From Candidatus Cybelea sp. (GTDB lineage Bacteria; Vulcanimicrobiota; Vulcanimicrobiia; Vulcanimicrobiales; Vulcanimicrobiaceae): a DNA stretch of 38,718 nt. Under the pieces are notes generated by a model, which ran no database searches, was not told the DNA's origin, and saw nothing but the letters and a program-made list of their open reading frames with translations. The position numbers were made by a program, and so were the translations under genes. This document shows positions 36,494 to 38,718 of this stretch, piece after piece; position 1 is the first letter of the stretch, and each line of letters opens with the position of its first letter. The stretch covers positions 1 through 38,718 of the forward strand of contig JBEKRW010000003.1 in NCBI GenBank assembly GCA_049517595.1, in the 5' to 3' direction.

Positions 36494-37500
36494 TGAATCG
36501 CAACTCCCCAAGCACAACCGGCGCCCTGGATATCGGCATTCGAGTAAAGCAGCGAGGGTTTGAGATTCGCGCCGAACTTGCTTCGGCTCGTCGGATAGAC
36601 ATCGATGCCTGCGCTGCCGGAGTTACCGCAGTTAGCCACGTATAGGTCGCCTGCCGACGTAAAGGCAAACGCCGACATATACGAGCCCGTAGGCAAACCC
36701 GTCGGATCGACGATGCTCGGCTTGGCCCCTTTCTTGAGGTTGTCCGCATCGTAACGTACAACGGCCGCTCCCGAGGATCCATTGCTCGAACTGTAAAGAT
36801 TTCCGGCCGCATCGAACGTCAGTGATCCCGGCGACGTGAGCCCGTCTAGGAAGTAGGGCGCGCTCGTGTACGGGGGTGCCGTAACCGCGATCGAGTTCGT
36901 GCCCGTGCTATTGAAGATGGATATGTACAAGTTTGCCGACTTGTCGAAGGCGATACCGTATGGCTCATGTCCCCCGCCATCGAGCGTCTGCGCGGGGCCG
37001 AGCGTTCCGCTCTTTGTAAACGGGCCGTTGTATTCCAACACCTCGTTATTTCCGGGTGAGCTCGCCCAGAGGTTTCCGGACGGATCGAAGGCCAAACTGT
37101 TCGAACCGTCCGTGCCGGAAAGAACGAAGCCGTACTTAGGTAACGACGAGGCTTTTAGCGGCAAGTTGAAGACGAGGGCGGTCACAGGCTTGCCGCCGTA
37201 TTTACCAAAGGACAGGATCCAGAGGTGTCCAGTTTTATCCACGGTCATGGCGCTCGTGTAGTTCAGGTAGTTCTGCGTGTTGCCGCCGACGTTGAGGGTT
37301 TTCGACTTCGCTTTAAGCGGCAGCTTCGCGCCCTGCACTTCCGGGTAAGTTCTGCCGGCGTAGAGCGTCCAGTAGACGCGCTGCGTCATCTTGTGGGCGT
37401 CGGTGAGCGGTCCCCCAAACAACGGGGGCCCAATACCTCGGCTCGAGCATCCTGCCAACAGCGCCGCAAGCACGATAGATGACGTGATCCGCAACTTCAT
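36490..37500 (-). CDS. Lipoprotein with NHL/SMP-30-like six-bladed beta-propeller repeats
   Basis: The internal ATG at 37500 gives MKLRITSSIVLAALLAGC-SS (lipobox). Repeated blades: LAFDPSGNLWASS, YGIAFDKSANLYIS, LTFDAAGNLYSS and FAFTSAGDLYVAN. Confidence 0.75.
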   Translation of the reverse strand: MKLRITSSIVLAALLAGCSSRGIGPPLFGGPLTDAHKMTQRVYWTLYAGRTYPEVQGAKLPLKAKSKTLNVGGNTQNYLNYTSAMTVDKTGHLWILSFGKYGGKPVTALVFNLPLKASSLPKYGFVLSGTDGSNSLAFDPSGNLWASSPGNNEVLEYNGPFTKSGTLGPAQTLDGGGHEPYGIAFDKSANLYISIFNSTGTNSIAVTAPPYTSAPYFLDGLTSPGSLTFDAAGNLYSSSNGSSGAAVVRYDADNLKKGAKPSIVDPTGLPTGSYMSAFAFTSAGDLYVANCGNSGSAGIDVYPTSRSKFGANLKPSLLYSNADIQGAGCAWGVAIH

Positions 37501-37662
37501 TCCAATCGCCCTCCGAGAGTCCAACATTACTACGGCGGCCGGTCGCCCTCTTGCGAGGTCGACGATCCGCGGCAGACGTGATTTTTAAATGTGGACAGTA
37601 AGTGTCATATATTGGCGGTATGCTGCTGCTAAACACTCAAAATCACGAAGGAGACTACCAAA

Positions 37663-38007
37663 ATGATTAAGGGAATCGACATCGCAGCCTACCTGGTGCG
37701 CGACCCGAAGGCCCAGCTTGCGTTCTATCGCGACGTGCTGGGCATGAAGCCGACCGAAATCGACGATCAAGGGCGCGGCGCGGAGTTCACGCTGGCCGAC
37801 GGCTCGACGTTCGGAGTCTGGAAGCCCGAGGGCGGCGAGACCGGCGGTGCGATCATGTTCGCGGTCGACGACGCAAAGGCGGCGGTCGAGCACTATCGCG
37901 CGCGCGGGCTGCAGCTCAGCGATGTGATCGAGTCGCCGGTCTGCTTCATGTCGTTCGGGTCGGACCCCGAAGGGAACGGCTTGATCATCCATCAGCGCAA
38001 GGCATAG
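37663..38007 (+). CDS. VOC-family (glyoxalase/bleomycin-resistance/dioxygenase fold) protein
   Basis: 114 aa. MIKGIDIAAYLVRDPKAQLAFYRDVLGMK ... FGSDPEGNGLIIHQ is typical of single-module VOC proteins. A good AAGGAG Shine-Dalgarno lies 8 nt upstream. Confidence 0.85.
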   Translation: MIKGIDIAAYLVRDPKAQLAFYRDVLGMKPTEIDDQGRGAEFTLADGSTFGVWKPEGGETGGAIMFAVDDAKAAVEHYRARGLQLSDVIESPVCFMSFGSDPEGNGLIIHQRKA

Positions 38008-38718
38008 CGCGTCAGTACGTGCCGCGCTCGCGCGACGATCTCGTCGCGCAGCGCGACGGGTTCGACGAGCGTCGCCACGTCGGCCCACGCCAGCGCTTGG
38101 AAAAGCGCGACCTCGCGGCCAGGAAACGTCACGCGAACGCGCGCTTCGCTCGCGTCTTGCCACAGCACCTCGGAAGGCCAATAGTACGTGACGCGTTCGA
38201 GTGCGTCGTTCGGCATGTAAAACGTCACCATGCAATCGCCGCTACGCGACGCCTCGGCAAATCGCGCCGACGATTCGGCCCAATAGCGTTCGAGATCGAA
38301 ATCCTCGGGCCGCTCAAAATGCTGGGCTGCCTCCTGGGCGCTGCGCACGCGATCGACGCGGAAGCTGCGCAGCCCACCGTCGGAGCGAGCGATGAGATAC
38401 CACACGCCCGCCTTGCAGACCAGACCCAAGGGATCCACGCTTCGCGCCGACGCGTTGCCGTTTCGATCTTCGTACCGAATGCGAAGGCAGCGATCGTCCC
38501 AGACGGCCCGGCGCAAGGTCGTGAGCAGTTCCAACGGCGGCTCGGCTTGATTCCATCGCCGCTGATCGAGGTGGATCCGCGAGCGCGACTTATCGGCGGC
38601 GCGTTGATGAACGTCGGCGAGGCCGCCGCGCAGCTTCTCGAGTGCGCGCGTGAGACCGCGCTCGAGCCCGAGATCCGCGAGAGGACTCGCGCCGGAGGCG
38701 AAGAGCGCTCGCACCTCG
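37992..38718 (-). CDS. WYL-domain transcriptional regulator (YafY-like), C-terminal part; N-terminal HTH lies beyond the right edge
   Basis: CLRIRYEDRNGNASARSVDPLGLVCKAGVWYLIARSDGGLRSFRVDRV is a WYL domain (here VWYL). A WCX-like C-terminal domain follows. The ORF is open to the window end. Confidence 0.8.
   Translation of the reverse strand, partial: EVRALFASGASPLADLGLERGLTRALEKLRGGLADVHQRAADKSRSRIHLDQRRWNQAEPPLELLTTLRRAVWDDRCLRIRYEDRNGNASARSVDPLGLVCKAGVWYLIARSDGGLRSFRVDRVRSAQEAAQHFERPEDFDLERYWAESSARFAEASRSGDCMVTFYMPNDALERVTYYWPSEVLWQDASEARVRVTFPGREVALFQALAWADVATLVEPVALRDEIVARARHVLTRYALR

Overview
High-GC (roughly 60-65% by eye), very gene-dense bacterial chromosomal segment. I call about 34 protein-coding genes and one TPP riboswitch. 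I found no rRNA, tRNA, CRISPR array, transposase/integrase or phage genes. All calls come from reading the supplied translations and the DNA; no database search was possible.

Gene content, left to right:
- A DnaQ-like exonuclease fragment, a GNAT acetyltransferase and an unknown lipoprotein.
- A GYD protein, a Tat-exported Met-rich multicopper oxidase and a small lipoprotein.
- A His-rich polytopic membrane protein translationally coupled to a GT39 (ArnT/PMT-like) glycosyltransferase, then another membrane protein.
- An SRAP/YedK peptidase and a CsgG-like lipoprotein.
- A minus-strand run: NADP/F420-type reductase, ICL/PEP-mutase family enzyme, non-canonical NRAMP, and an M48-like/RDD fusion.
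- A CARDB-like secreted protein and hydantoinase/oxoprolinase A (frameshifted) and B.
- A phospholipase C/acid phosphatase-family lipoprotein.
- An MFS sugar porter overlapping a GT2 glycosyltransferase, then a beta-lactamase-family serine hydrolase.
- Two tandem ~1,000-aa BNR/Sortilin(VPS10)-type beta-propeller paralogs preceded by a possible unannotated 49-aa membrane ORF.
- A lytic transglycosylase.
- thiC with its TPP riboswitch and a tightly coupled HAD-IIIA phosphatase.
- aceE-aceF (pyruvate dehydrogenase E1/E2, no E3), an NHL-propeller lipoprotein, a VOC/glyoxalase protein, and a truncated WYL regulator at the right edge.

I do not see a recognisable defence island, mobile element or clearly novel multi-gene system. 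The most unusual items are:
1. The small-TM-ORF plus tandem Sortilin-like operon.
2. An M48-like domain with a degenerate REXXH motif fused to an RDD domain.
3. An NRAMP homologue lacking the canonical Asn/Met metal-site residues.
4. A HAD phosphatase apparently inside the TPP-riboswitch-controlled thiC transcript.
5. A frameshifted hyuA.
6. A genome-architecture pattern in which convergent genes overlap at their 3' ends and several divergent genes have abutting start codons.
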